Origin: a bacterium
GTDB taxonomy: Bacteria > Vulcanimicrobiota > Xenobia > Xenobiales > JADMJV01
DNA length: 64,000 nucleotides
Direction of reading: 5' to 3'
Assembly (NCBI GenBank): GCA_030149525.1
Contig: JASBRJ010000049.1
Location: forward strand, 9,019 to 73,018
In this document: positions 27,152 to 37,244 of the stretch, one piece after another
Layout: each line of letters begins with the position of its first letter
Numbering within the stretch: position 1 is the stretch's first letter
Program-made: the position numbers and the translations under genes
Notes under the pieces: model-generated
Seen by the model: the letters and a program-made list of their open reading frames with translations, nothing else
Told to the model about the DNA's origin: nothing
Database searches by the model: none

Positions 27152-27517
27152 GTGTTTCGTTATTCCATGATACTTCTCACAACTATGTTGGCCATTTCCA
27201 CGGCCGCTTCAGCTCAAATCACCTTTACCATCGGTGGCGGCAATAACAATTGTGGCCAGCGCCCCTACTACACCAACAACGGATACGGTGTCCCCCCGGG
27301 GCACTACTACTGCAACGCCCATCAAAGCTATTGTAACCACCCTGCCAACAACGGCAACCGATACGGAAACCGTTACGGCTACGGCGACGATCACCGTCAT
27401 CGCAACAACAAACGACGATTCCGCAACAGAGGTCGAAACAACTGGCGCAACGGTAACGGCAACTGTCCACCCGGTCACTACTACTGTAACGCTCATCGAA
27501 GCTACTGCAGTCACTAG
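27152..27517 (+). CDS. Secreted N/G/R-rich protein with two PPGHYYCNAHxSYCxH repeats
   Basis: GGAGG RBS before GTG 27152; Sec signal ending ASA-Q; duplicated 16-aa His/Cys motif. Confidence 0.8.
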   Translation: MFRYSMILLTTMLAISTAASAQITFTIGGGNNNCGQRPYYTNNGYGVPPGHYYCNAHQSYCNHPANNGNRYGNRYGYGDDHRHRNNKRRFRNRGRNNWRNGNGNCPPGHYYCNAHRSYCSH

Positions 27518-27518
27518 T

Positions 27519-27558
27519 GAGTTTGTCGGCTTGGACGGGAGGCCAAGTCGGTAAACTC
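27519..27558. terminator. 16-bp stem hairpin immediately after the stop codon
   Basis: GAGTTTGTCGGCTTGG / CCAAGTCGGTAAACTC pair with G-U wobbles. There is no T-tract. Confidence 0.35.
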
Positions 27559-27604
27559 CATAAACTCAGGAGAGAGATTTCGAAGTGAGGAGTTCCAGGG
27601 CGGG

Positions 27605-29245
27605 GTGAAACGTTTCACATTGATAGCGGTCGACCCGGAAGGCACGAGACGAGAATGGCCTCTGGAGAGACCTGCTTATATCGTGGGCCGGGAACCTCAA
27701 ACCGCTGACGGTTCAGGCATCCCTGTTCCCGGTGATCGCCATCTCTCCCGACAGCACTTCTCTCTCCAGGTCAGTCCCAAGAAGGTCGTTGTAGAACGCT
27801 CCCCCAGCGGTCGGAACCCACTCTTTTTTAACGGGGAACAGGTCGACCGTTTCTCCCTGGAGCCGGGACAAGTTTTCTATACCGGAAAGACTCAGTTCGG
27901 AATTGTTCTAAGCCAAGGCGTCGCCACTACCACCCGCTACACGTTAGCCAGAAACGCCAAGGAAGAAGCCCGTCTTCGCCGTTTGGAAGACTGCTTCAGT
28001 GCCGTGCTCGACTTACTCCGCGCTCTCAGAGAGCAGTCTCAGGTGGCGGCCTGGCAGGTCGCCTTCCCGGTGGTTCGCTCCATGCTGCCCGAGGTCGAGC
28101 AGGTCGCCTTCCTCCAAGTCCATCGAGACTCGTCGGTGAACAGAGTCATCGATCAGGATCCGGTTGAGACGCAACTCCAGGTCGACCCCGAACTTGTGGC
28201 ACAAGCTCTTCAAACTCGCCAAACTGTGACGGCGGTCTCAGAGGACTACGACCTCACCACCCCATCTCAAGAAACTCTCAACGTCCGCTATAAGTGGTCG
28301 GTGGCAACACCCGTGCACGGCTTGGAACAGGCCACCTTTGTTCTCTGGGTGTCCGGAACCGGCGCTCTCAATAAAGAGACTCTGGAAGAACGTGCCACTC
28401 TGGTCGATTTAGTGGCCGAGTTGGTTGGCCATCACATCGTAGTACGCCAGGGGAGTGAGTACTCCAGCTTGCTGGGTGTCTTCGGTCACCATGTGGGCAC
28501 GCTCTTCAAGACCTCCGGCGCTCTTCAACTCTGGTCCAACGCCGACCCGGACTCGGAGATCAAGAGCGTTCTCAACCGCTTGCTCCCTATCTGGGGCATC
28601 TCTCAGGCCATCTCGCTCCACAAGAAACGTGGAGAGAAGGCGGAGAAAGCCCTCTTAGAGAGCTGGATCAAAGAACCGGTCGTAGAACCGCAAGCGCTCA
28701 CTCGGGCGCTGAGTTCCATCGTTTCTCATGTCTACTTCTCTCCTCAGGATGAACCGTTTCTGAGTTGGAAGCTCAACGGAGAAGAGATTTCACGCTCCCC
28801 AGGGCTCATATCTCTGCCTCCTTTAGACGACGTCCCTCAGCTTTTTGACAAAACACTGGCCCTGACCATCGGTTTACTCGAAATGCTGAACAACGTGAGA
28901 AAATACCCGTCCAACCGCGGAAGCGGCCGAGAAGACCGCCTTGATTTGGGCGAGCTTGAGGCGCAGGAAAGGGAGGTTCTCGTCACAGTCACGGTGGACG
29001 AAAAAGAAGCTGCCGTGGAAGTGATTCAACCTGTGGTCACCGCCTCCGGTGGACAGATCCCCAAATCCCGCAGTCTGGAGAGAATTCGAGCTTTAGAGCA
29101 AAGTCTTCTGGGTGCCATTGTGGGCACGGAGGCGGAGACGGTGTGCGGAACGACCAGTTCGGAGTATGTGGTTCGGATTCGCCACCGCTGGGTTTACCGA
29201 TACGGACAACTGTTGAAAGACTGGAGAGATCACTTCGATGCGTAA
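27605..29245 (+). CDS. FHA + GAF-like + degenerate histidine kinase-like protein
   Basis: FHA (IVGR, LSRQH, GRNPLFFNG); FGHHVGTLF H-box-like; LLEMLNNVRKY N-box. No DxGxG or GxGL boxes. Confidence 0.75.
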   Translation: MKRFTLIAVDPEGTRREWPLERPAYIVGREPQTADGSGIPVPGDRHLSRQHFSLQVSPKKVVVERSPSGRNPLFFNGEQVDRFSLEPGQVFYTGKTQFGIVLSQGVATTTRYTLARNAKEEARLRRLEDCFSAVLDLLRALREQSQVAAWQVAFPVVRSMLPEVEQVAFLQVHRDSSVNRVIDQDPVETQLQVDPELVAQALQTRQTVTAVSEDYDLTTPSQETLNVRYKWSVATPVHGLEQATFVLWVSGTGALNKETLEERATLVDLVAELVGHHIVVRQGSEYSSLLGVFGHHVGTLFKTSGALQLWSNADPDSEIKSVLNRLLPIWGISQAISLHKKRGEKAEKALLESWIKEPVVEPQALTRALSSIVSHVYFSPQDEPFLSWKLNGEEISRSPGLISLPPLDDVPQLFDKTLALTIGLLEMLNNVRKYPSNRGSGREDRLDLGELEAQEREVLVTVTVDEKEAAVEVIQPVVTASGGQIPKSRSLERIRALEQSLLGAIVGTEAETVCGTTSSEYVVRIRHRWVYRYGQLLKDWRDHFDA

Positions 29246-30458
29246 TCTGCGCTTAATGTTGGTGGACGACAACCCCGTCACGGAGCTGGAAACGGTTTTT
29301 TTGGAGTTGCAACCGGTTCCGTACGACGAGAATGAATTCGATCCGTCACTGGGAACCTGGGCTCAACATCTGAAGCTTTGGAGCGACGGGCTCTTCCCCG
29401 CCAACGATCCCGACCTGGTGCTGGTGGATTGCCGTTTCGAAGAGGACAATAAGTACGCCCCCACCTCGCCCAACCTCAACGGCTTCGACCCGAGAGGTCT
29501 TATGCACGGGGCCATCTTCGTTTCTCGCTTATTCGGGCGTGACCGATTCCACCCGTTTGGCTTTTCCGTCTACAGCATGGACGCCTCGGCTTTTCATCAA
29601 GATCCGTATGCCCAAACCTTCATGGGCTTTTTGCTGGCCATGCGGGACTCGACTCTTGCCCCCGGAGAGAAAGGAACCATACGTGGGGCTAGAGCCCGAG
29701 AGCTGGCCCAGGTTTGCGGCGACGTTCTGGCCCAAACCGTCAAGCAGACGCCGGCCACAGCCTGGGGTCCGGCTCTGGAGATGTATCGCCAGAGGCTTCT
29801 AGAAGTGGCCGATCTGCAGGCCATCGTGGTGGAAGGCCAGAGCTTTCTCCAACTCACCGACACACTCCAACGCCAAGATCTCGAGGCCCTCAACACAGGA
29901 GTGGGGCTGACCTGGCGGCGATTCAACGGGGAAACCGACACGGTTGATGCCCGCTCTCTTTTCGCGGATCATCTCGAAGGCGACAAATGGACCGAAGAAA
30001 CGACCAAAGTGGCGCTTCCATGGCTTGAAAGGCTCCTGGTTTTGGGTGATTATCTGGCCGAAGCGGTGGACTACTCCCGAACCATCATCGTGGAAGGCAA
30101 GGAACCCGAGGAATCGAGTATCATTCGCGGCCGGGATATTCACGGGAAGAAATTGACCCGATTCTTTCACGCCTGTCTGGGAGTGATCGGTTGGTATGAA
30201 AATAGGGTCCGGGCCGACATTTCCCTGACAAGTAGCGCCATTATTCTTGAGCTCGGTCTTTCCGACAAACAGATCAACAGATATTTCAAGCCGCTTTTGA
30301 GCCTGCCCTGGGGTCGCGTGGTGGACAAACTGGACGAGGGCCTACGAGACGGCGTGTGGCCGTTGCCGGGTCAGTGGGAGCTTCACACGGTTCTCAAGGA
30401 CTGGTGCAAAAGGGTGCGCGGGGAAGACTGTCAACTGGCGGGTCCCTGGGAGCGATGA
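29238..30458 (+). CDS. Atypical receiver-domain protein with a C-terminal HTH
   Basis: LMLVDDNP, DLVLVD, FSVYS; C-terminal ELGLSDKQINRYFK resembles an AraC-type HTH. Overlaps both neighbours. Confidence 0.65.
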   Translation: MRNLRLMLVDDNPVTELETVFLELQPVPYDENEFDPSLGTWAQHLKLWSDGLFPANDPDLVLVDCRFEEDNKYAPTSPNLNGFDPRGLMHGAIFVSRLFGRDRFHPFGFSVYSMDASAFHQDPYAQTFMGFLLAMRDSTLAPGEKGTIRGARARELAQVCGDVLAQTVKQTPATAWGPALEMYRQRLLEVADLQAIVVEGQSFLQLTDTLQRQDLEALNTGVGLTWRRFNGETDTVDARSLFADHLEGDKWTEETTKVALPWLERLLVLGDYLAEAVDYSRTIIVEGKEPEESSIIRGRDIHGKKLTRFFHACLGVIGWYENRVRADISLTSSAIILELGLSDKQINRYFKPLLSLPWGRVVDKLDEGLRDGVWPLPGQWELHTVLKDWCKRVRGEDCQLAGPWER

Positions 30459-33268
30459 GAGACGACCAGGCGGTTCCTGAAACCATCGGTGTCTCCATGG
30501 ACACCAGGGAATCGTTGCGCCTGGCTTCCCAGAGTCTTACTCTCATCGAACTCCCCGACTACAAGCTCGACCGAGAGTTGGGGCGCGGAAGCTTCGGTAC
30601 CGTATGGTCGGCCACTCGAATCAAGACCGGTCAGCAAGTGGCCATCAAGATCGTGGAGAACGGGGCCCAACTGAATTGGGACTTTTTTCGCCGCGAACTG
30701 GGCTTTTTGAGAGAACTGGAGGAACACCCCTATACTCTCACCTTGCTCGACGCCCAGCTCGATCACGACCCGCCGTTCATCGTCATGCCGCTGGCCGATG
30801 GCGGCTCCTTGGAAGAAGCTTCCAGAGAAGAGATGCCCAGTGTGGAGCAGGTGGAAAAGTGGATGCGTCAGATGGCCGAGGGGCTCGTTTTTATCCATCG
30901 AAAGGGTGTCATTCACTGCGACTTCAAACCCTCCAACGTCCTACTCTCATCGGACAAGAATATTCGGATCGCCGATCTGGGCCAGGCCCGACGCACAGGC
31001 CACGGCCAGGCGTTGGGAACCATCGGGTTCATGGCACCGGAGCAGTGCCTGGAGGAGAGTAAAACCACCCCCTCCGTGAGCTGGGACGTCCATGGGTTCG
31101 GGGCCACAGCCTACTGGCTTCTCACCGGAAAGATTCCCCGTCTGGCGAATCTCCAAGAGCCTACCCTGACGGCCTATATCGAAGTCTTCGAAAAAGGTGG
31201 TGAACTGGTCCCGGTTCGAGAGCTCAACCCGAAAGTCGACAAAGAGTTAGCTGCTATCGTGGAAGGCTGTCTGCAGGTCGACCCCAATAAACGAGTTCTC
31301 AACATGGACGCCGTTCTAGAAGATCTGGAAAGGCGGAAGAATAAGGAGCCCCTCAACTGCAAACGCCCATGGAAACTCAGCTATATCCTAGCCATGGCTC
31401 TGCAACGACGGACCGTTCAAGCCGTGCTTCTCATGGTTCTTTTGGCTCTCGTCGCCTCCGTCTACGGCTGGCATCAACGTAACGAGAATCTTTATCAATC
31501 TCACCTGGTGGGCGGATTCCATGCCCAGGAATCGGGTCGACTGGAGGAAGCCTACTTAGAATGGCTGGAAGCGTTGAGCTACCGACCGAATAGCCTTCCT
31601 TTGAAAGAAAGATTGCACTTCATGCAGTTAGACTTCGTCCTCCCCCATCAAGCCAAGGTCACCGACATGAGACTCTTCGACGAGGGCTCTCGCCTTTTGA
31701 CCAGCAGTGCCGATGGAGAGCTTGCCGCCTGGCAACTTGAGACGGGCGATAAGATCTTTTCCCTCAAGCACCCGGATCAGATCAGCGCCCTTGCCGTGAA
31801 TCCCGACGAAACCTTGATGGCCACAGCTTCCTGGGATGGTTTCGCCCGCATTTTCGATGTCAAGACTCAGACCTTGAAGGCTAAACTGGCCCACTCAACC
31901 GACGGCTTCAAAGCGACCGTTGAGGAATTACTCTTTTGCGGTCAGGGGCGGTATCTCGCCACCGCCGATATTTATGGCTATCTGAGAGTGTGGACAACCG
32001 AAGGCGAAAAGCGACAACTAGCCGGCTTGCCGGAGAGCCCGGAATTCGAGCAAGTCCTGGCAGCCCATCCCACAAAACCTTGGCTTGCCGCCCTTTCCGA
32101 CCTCGATCAGATCGCCTTATGGGATCTCGATGAGGGGAAAATGCTCGGGTTGGGATACAAGCACCGGGATCTCGTCAACGAGCTACAATTTAGTGCCGAC
32201 GGTCGCTTTTTGGTTTCGGCCTCCGACGACACCACCGCCGTGGTCTGGGATTTGGAAAAGGGTCAGGTCGTCAGAGAACTCGATCATGACAGCAAGGTGA
32301 TCACTCTCCTGATGCTGGATTCACAACGTCTGGCCGCCGGTTGTGAAGACGGCACCGTGGTCATTTGGAACCTTCAGGAAAAGACACCTGTCCACCGCCT
32401 CTATCATCGACGGCCCGTTCGCTCTCTGGATCTGGATAAGCAGGGTCAACTTCTGGCGGTGGGCACCGGAGAAACAGAGATCTTATGGTCGGACACCGAA
32501 GCCAACGGAACCGTCAACGTCTGGAACGTGGAGGGTGGATATCGTCTGGGCGACCCCTGGCCCCACGATGGTCCTATTGAAAAGGTTCTTTTCAGTCCGC
32601 AAGACTCTCTCGTATTGAGCGCCTCGGGTAGTGCTCGTCAGAACACCGCAGTCCATCCCGGCTCGGTTCGAGCCTGGCGCTTCTTTCTCCCAACAGAGGA
32701 CAAAGAACTCATAGCCAAGCGGATCGTACCCCCGGCAACAGAAGTTGTGACTCTGGCTAACGGAGTGAAAATCAGCCACGGAGAAAAAGTCGAAATCAAT
32801 CAGTCGGACACATTTTCCCCCGCCAATCTCATCGCCACAGCCTCCCAAGACCGAACTGTCAGACTGTGGGACACCACCGATGGAGGAACGGCCCTGGAAC
32901 CTCTCCTTCTTGCCGGTTCGGCCGAAGCGGTGAAGTTCAGTCCCAACGGGAACGTTCTGGCTACCGCCTCCTGGAACTCTCAGTTCGACAATTCGGAAGT
33001 TCGTTTGTGGGAAGTAGAGAACGGTTACCCCATTACCCCTCCCCTGTCTTGTCCCGGGAGAGTCGTGAGCTTAGAGTTCTCCTCCGATGGTCGCACTCTC
33101 ACGGCCGGCACGGAAAAGGCCAACTACAGTTGGCAACTCACGGAAGCCAACGATCAGAACTGGAAAGACCTTTTAAGGAGGAAACTCCACTCCCAACTGG
33201 ATAAACGGGGTTCAGTGGTCTCCATTCCGGAAATGTCACAAACCGTCATGACTCAGAAAGTGCCTTGA
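30455..33268 (+). CDS. Ser/Thr protein kinase - TM - WD40 repeat protein
   Basis: LGRGSFGTV, VAIK, HCDFKPSN, DLG, APE, DV; hydrophobic segment; multiple WD repeats. ATGA coupling at 30455. Confidence 0.92.
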   Translation: MRDDQAVPETIGVSMDTRESLRLASQSLTLIELPDYKLDRELGRGSFGTVWSATRIKTGQQVAIKIVENGAQLNWDFFRRELGFLRELEEHPYTLTLLDAQLDHDPPFIVMPLADGGSLEEASREEMPSVEQVEKWMRQMAEGLVFIHRKGVIHCDFKPSNVLLSSDKNIRIADLGQARRTGHGQALGTIGFMAPEQCLEESKTTPSVSWDVHGFGATAYWLLTGKIPRLANLQEPTLTAYIEVFEKGGELVPVRELNPKVDKELAAIVEGCLQVDPNKRVLNMDAVLEDLERRKNKEPLNCKRPWKLSYILAMALQRRTVQAVLLMVLLALVASVYGWHQRNENLYQSHLVGGFHAQESGRLEEAYLEWLEALSYRPNSLPLKERLHFMQLDFVLPHQAKVTDMRLFDEGSRLLTSSADGELAAWQLETGDKIFSLKHPDQISALAVNPDETLMATASWDGFARIFDVKTQTLKAKLAHSTDGFKATVEELLFCGQGRYLATADIYGYLRVWTTEGEKRQLAGLPESPEFEQVLAAHPTKPWLAALSDLDQIALWDLDEGKMLGLGYKHRDLVNELQFSADGRFLVSASDDTTAVVWDLEKGQVVRELDHDSKVITLLMLDSQRLAAGCEDGTVVIWNLQEKTPVHRLYHRRPVRSLDLDKQGQLLAVGTGETEILWSDTEANGTVNVWNVEGGYRLGDPWPHDGPIEKVLFSPQDSLVLSASGSARQNTAVHPGSVRAWRFFLPTEDKELIAKRIVPPATEVVTLANGVKISHGEKVEINQSDTFSPANLIATASQDRTVRLWDTTDGGTALEPLLLAGSAEAVKFSPNGNVLATASWNSQFDNSEVRLWEVENGYPITPPLSCPGRVVSLEFSSDGRTLTAGTEKANYSWQLTEANDQNWKDLLRRKLHSQLDKRGSVVSIPEMSQTVMTQKVP

Positions 33269-33293
33269 GTTATACTGCGAACAGGAGAAAGAT

Positions 33294-33563
33294 ATGAATG
33301 CACTTCTAGCCACCATAACCGCTCTTTCCCTCTTCGGGTCAGCACCCCAAGCCCCCGAGGCTGGTTGCCCGCAAGGTCATGATCACAGTCATCGGCACCA
33401 GATTGTGGTGAGCGACTCCTATATGGCACGCGCTGCCAGCTACCGAGCCGTCTGCTCTCGGGGCGACCTCAACAGCGTCTTCCCCAACCGAGGAGCCGCA
33501 CTCAAAGCTGCCGCCGATCACCAACGCTCTACCGGACATCGCACCAGCGTGCAAAAGCAGTGA
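33294..33563 (+). CDS. Small secreted His-rich protein
   Basis: Signal-like N-terminus, CPQGHDHSHRH, and a C...HxxxTGH C-terminus. Confidence 0.65.
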   Translation: MNALLATITALSLFGSAPQAPEAGCPQGHDHSHRHQIVVSDSYMARAASYRAVCSRGDLNSVFPNRGAALKAAADHQRSTGHRTSVQKQ

Positions 33564-33614
33564 GACAAGTTTAGCCCCACCAAAGCTAGGGGTGCCTGTG
33601 CCTGCTTCGAGGAT

Positions 33615-36056
33615 TTAGTGTCGGCGAACCTGGAGCGTGAGCAGGCTTGCCTGCCCAACGTCGTACTTGCGCGTTTGTCCCGAACACCAAAGATGAAACT
33701 GGTCCATGTAGTTACGGCTGCCCGGATGTCCCGATTGTCCGGTAGGCAAGACGGAACGATATTCTTGAGGGTCGGTCATTTCCACCACTTGACGGAAAGA
33801 CGGGCACCAGGCGTTGGCCTCAAAGGGTAGAGCCGGATTCACGATGGTTTGGAAAACTGTATCTGCGTCTCCTCCTGCCGACCCCGTGGGGCTGTTGAGG
33901 AGCATTGCCAGCAGGGGCTGACTTCCCAGGGCGTGCTTGAACTGGATGCGGTGTAACTTACCCCACTCCCAGTATTTGGGATTGCGACCGTAAGCCTTGG
34001 AGAGTTGATTGAAGGCCTCTCCCAGGTGTTCTTCCAGAATCTCGGCACGATCTCTCAGACTCGGGACCAGTTGCTGAAGCCTGGTGTAGGCGGCGTCATT
34101 CTCAAAAAGCTGGAGAACCCAGACCGTGTATCGTCCGCCATGTCCTCCCAGAGTGCTGAACGGGTTTCTACTACCACCCAGCAGACTGCTCCCCAAACGC
34201 TCCCCCAGGACGGTGTGGGCAACTTCTTTTGCGACCCCGAGGAGAGCCACCTGATAGAGAGCCATACCGCCACTTTCAGGATGTCCGCTTCCATCCCACT
34301 CCGAAAGCCAGATCTTTCCCTTTTCCGCGTCTTCTCGCGAAAACTTGTGGTGGGCACACAGCCGACCAAATCGGAGCCCCGTAGCGCAGTGTACATCCAC
34401 CTGCATGGAGACAAAATCTTCCACTTCGAACTTCGGCTGAGAAAGGAGAAGCTCTTCTATCCTTTCCGCTCTGGTGGAACTCATCCAATCCCAGGTGAGA
34501 TGGTAGGGGTATTCTGGACCCACCACGGGGTTGTTGGCCGTAACGATATAGCCACAGGCTGGATTGTCTGCCTGGGGAAGCTCTTCAAACGGTATGACGC
34601 CGTCCCATTCATACTCACCGTTCCAACCAGGGACCGGAGTAAGACCCGTCCCCTTCTTCCGCATGGGAACCTGACCGGCCATGATGTAGCCGATATTGCC
34701 GTCCGCGTCGGCGAAGACAAAGTTGGAAGAGGGAGCCTGCCATGTGCGAAGCGCTTCCTTGAATTGCGAACAGTTCGTGGCAGAATTCATTTGGTAAAGA
34801 GTCTGTACCGGGTGAGAGGGCTCGAAGTTCATCCAGCGCAGGGCGAGCCCCAGGCTTTTTGAGCGAAACAAGATGGGTCCGTGCCGGGTGCACTCAACCT
34901 CCTCCACATGATCCTCTGCCCCTCGTACAACGATACGCTCTCTGCGAACCGTAACTCTCTCCCAACCGTCTTCCGTCTCGTAAAGGGCTGGGTCATCGGG
35001 AGAAAACCGCTCCATGTAGAGGTCCTGAGTGTCGGCATAGGAGTTCGTGACTCCCCAACCCACCTTGGGGGAGCTACCGATGACAATGAAAGGCACACCG
35101 GGGAAAGAGGCCCCTCTCACGTCCAGTTCGGGCGAGACCAGGCGACTCTCATACCAGATACTGGGGACCCGCCCTACTAGATGAGGATCACTTGCCAACA
35201 AAGGCTTACCGGAACGTGTTCGACTTCCCGAAACCACCCAGGCGTTGCTACCACCGGGAAGACCACTGTTAGGAAGAAATCCCCGGGCCTCTTGGAAAAG
35301 CTCTCGAAGCCCGTCCAGAACCAGTTTGCTGGACTCCCCGGGGGGGACCGTACAGGCTCCCTCCCGCTGGTAAAGGTGGAGAAGCTCAGCCACCTCCGGA
35401 CTGACCTTTTCCAACATCTCGCCTCGAGTGAGTTCTTGCTCCCAATTGGCACACAGATCCATGGACATCACCTGAATCCAGGCCAAGGTGTCTTCCGGTG
35501 TCCACGGTTGGGGAGAAAACTTGAGAAGTTGGAACTCTACGGGCAAAACCTTCAGGGAGTTAATACCGGCGTTCACTCCAGCGCAGAAAGCGTCCAGATG
35601 CTCTCTCTCCTTCTCGGTGAGAGCCTCAAGATCCGAACGTGCCGCCGTTCGCAGACCCAGCTTACGGAGAAAGATATCGGCCCTCAGAGCTTCCTTGCCC
35701 ACGATCTCCGCCAATCGTCCCTCACCCAGTCGACGATTGAGTTCCATCTGCCATAATCGATCTTGGGCCTGAGCGAACCCTTGACCGAAGAGAACGTCGA
35801 CCAGAGAAGACCCTTCTATGGTCGGCACGCCGTAGTCGTCGCGACGGATGGTCACCTGACTGTGAATTCCATCGACCGCAACGGTTCCTCTCCGTCTGGG
35901 CAAGGAGCGTCTTAGCCAGAGACGCAAGACTAACCAGAACATAAGCCCCAGAAAGATCAGTCCGGCCATAACTTGTAGCACAGGGTGATTGACGTACCAA
36001 TCTAATTCGAGGAGTCGAAAGAAACCATCCCTGAGGAGAAAGGCCGTAATGCTCAT
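33615..36056 (-). CDS. Penicillin acylase family (S45 Ntn-hydrolase)
   Basis: RDDYGVPTI, AQDRLWQM, GGSNAWVV nucleophile, DPHL, TANN, GQSGHPGS; N-terminal TM. Confidence 0.95.
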   Translation of the reverse strand: MSITAFLLRDGFFRLLELDWYVNHPVLQVMAGLIFLGLMFWLVLRLWLRRSLPRRRGTVAVDGIHSQVTIRRDDYGVPTIEGSSLVDVLFGQGFAQAQDRLWQMELNRRLGEGRLAEIVGKEALRADIFLRKLGLRTAARSDLEALTEKEREHLDAFCAGVNAGINSLKVLPVEFQLLKFSPQPWTPEDTLAWIQVMSMDLCANWEQELTRGEMLEKVSPEVAELLHLYQREGACTVPPGESSKLVLDGLRELFQEARGFLPNSGLPGGSNAWVVSGSRTRSGKPLLASDPHLVGRVPSIWYESRLVSPELDVRGASFPGVPFIVIGSSPKVGWGVTNSYADTQDLYMERFSPDDPALYETEDGWERVTVRRERIVVRGAEDHVEEVECTRHGPILFRSKSLGLALRWMNFEPSHPVQTLYQMNSATNCSQFKEALRTWQAPSSNFVFADADGNIGYIMAGQVPMRKKGTGLTPVPGWNGEYEWDGVIPFEELPQADNPACGYIVTANNPVVGPEYPYHLTWDWMSSTRAERIEELLLSQPKFEVEDFVSMQVDVHCATGLRFGRLCAHHKFSREDAEKGKIWLSEWDGSGHPESGGMALYQVALLGVAKEVAHTVLGERLGSSLLGGSRNPFSTLGGHGGRYTVWVLQLFENDAAYTRLQQLVPSLRDRAEILEEHLGEAFNQLSKAYGRNPKYWEWGKLHRIQFKHALGSQPLLAMLLNSPTGSAGGDADTVFQTIVNPALPFEANAWCPSFRQVVEMTDPQEYRSVLPTGQSGHPGSRNYMDQFHLWCSGQTRKYDVGQASLLTLQVRRH

Positions 36057-36106
36057 GACCGCAAGTTTGGGGAGGTACCGGTCGGGGCCTGCCGCAATTT
36101 CAAGCT

Positions 36107-36754
36107 ATGGAAGAAACCTTGCACGAAGCCTGGGAGAGTAACGCTCTAGAATGGACGAGAGCGGTTCGTGAGAATGTCATCCCCAGCCGAAATCGAGTGA
36201 CCAACGCCGCTATTCTTGAGGCGATCAAGAGGTGCCGGGGAGAGTGTGTCTTGGACCTCGGCTGCGGGGAGGGCTGGCTATGTCGAGAACTCCTTCGGCT
36301 GGGCTGGAAGACCTGGGGAGTGGACTCGTCGCCAACTCTCATAAAGCTTGCCGAAGAGAACGGCCCCGGCCGCTATCACTGCGGCAGCTACCTGGAACTG
36401 GACACACTTTTTCAAGCGAACTCCTTTGATCTGGTGGTGGCAAACTTTTCCCTGCTGGGCGAGCAATCTGCCGAGACCGCCCTGACAAAGGCTCGGGCGC
36501 TTCTCAAACCGGAAGGAGTCTTCCTGATACAAACTCTCAACCCTAAAACACTCAACCACACTGGATGGCAAACGGAAACCTGGGAGAGCTTGGGGACGTT
36601 ACGATGCTCACCCAGCCCTTGGTACTCGAGGACCCTGCAAGGCTGGACCGAGTTGTTCGACTCCTGTCAGTGGAAGATGGAGGAAGCTCTCTGGCCCAGG
36701 CACCCGGCGGACCCCGAGCCAAGCTCCGTCATCTTTAGACTGAGCGTAAGTTGA
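36107..36754 (+). CDS. Class I SAM-dependent methyltransferase
   Basis: VLDLGCGEG, GVDSS, FDLVVANF. Confidence 0.9.
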   Translation: MEETLHEAWESNALEWTRAVRENVIPSRNRVTNAAILEAIKRCRGECVLDLGCGEGWLCRELLRLGWKTWGVDSSPTLIKLAEENGPGRYHCGSYLELDTLFQANSFDLVVANFSLLGEQSAETALTKARALLKPEGVFLIQTLNPKTLNHTGWQTETWESLGTLRCSPSPWYSRTLQGWTELFDSCQWKMEEALWPRHPADPEPSSVIFRLSVS

Positions 36755-37244
36755 AGAGCATCCCGCTCTTTTGGTCTTTATCCAGGTCATCAAGATTGTC
36801 CAGGATGACGGCTGAGGAGGAACAGACTCCTCGAAAGAAACCCACTAGATTCTCCTCGGCCCGCTCGAAATCGTCGGACTCACCGGCCAGGATAGCCTCT
36901 ACCCACTCCACTCCCTGGAACGCCATCTGAATCGCCTTATCCAATTGCCGGAAATACTTGGCGAATTTTTCACTCAGTGCCGGAGACAGTCGTTCGGTGA
37001 AGAGAGACTCCTTTAACTGCCACTTTTGCACGAATTGCTCCAATTGCTCTACGAATCCATAGAACAACCCTTCAAACTCCTCAACATCCATCTCGTCCTC
37101 AGCCAGCATGTCGAGAGCGGAGAGGAGTTGACTCACATGATTGATTCCCACAACCGGAGGACGGCTTTCATGCACGAAACCACACTCGGGACACTCCAGC
37201 GGAGGCCCGCCTTCCAAGTCGGTTCGACAGATGAGGCAAATCAC
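36735..37244 (-). CDS. Zn-ribbon hypothetical protein
   Basis: CLIC...CPECG followed by an acidic helical region. GTGA coupling with the upstream small gene. Confidence 0.7.
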   Translation of the reverse strand: MICLICRTDLEGGPPLECPECGFVHESRPPVVGINHVSQLLSALDMLAEDEMDVEEFEGLFYGFVEQLEQFVQKWQLKESLFTERLSPALSEKFAKYFRQLDKAIQMAFQGVEWVEAILAGESDDFERAEENLVGFFRGVCSSSAVILDNLDDLDKDQKSGMLFNLRSV

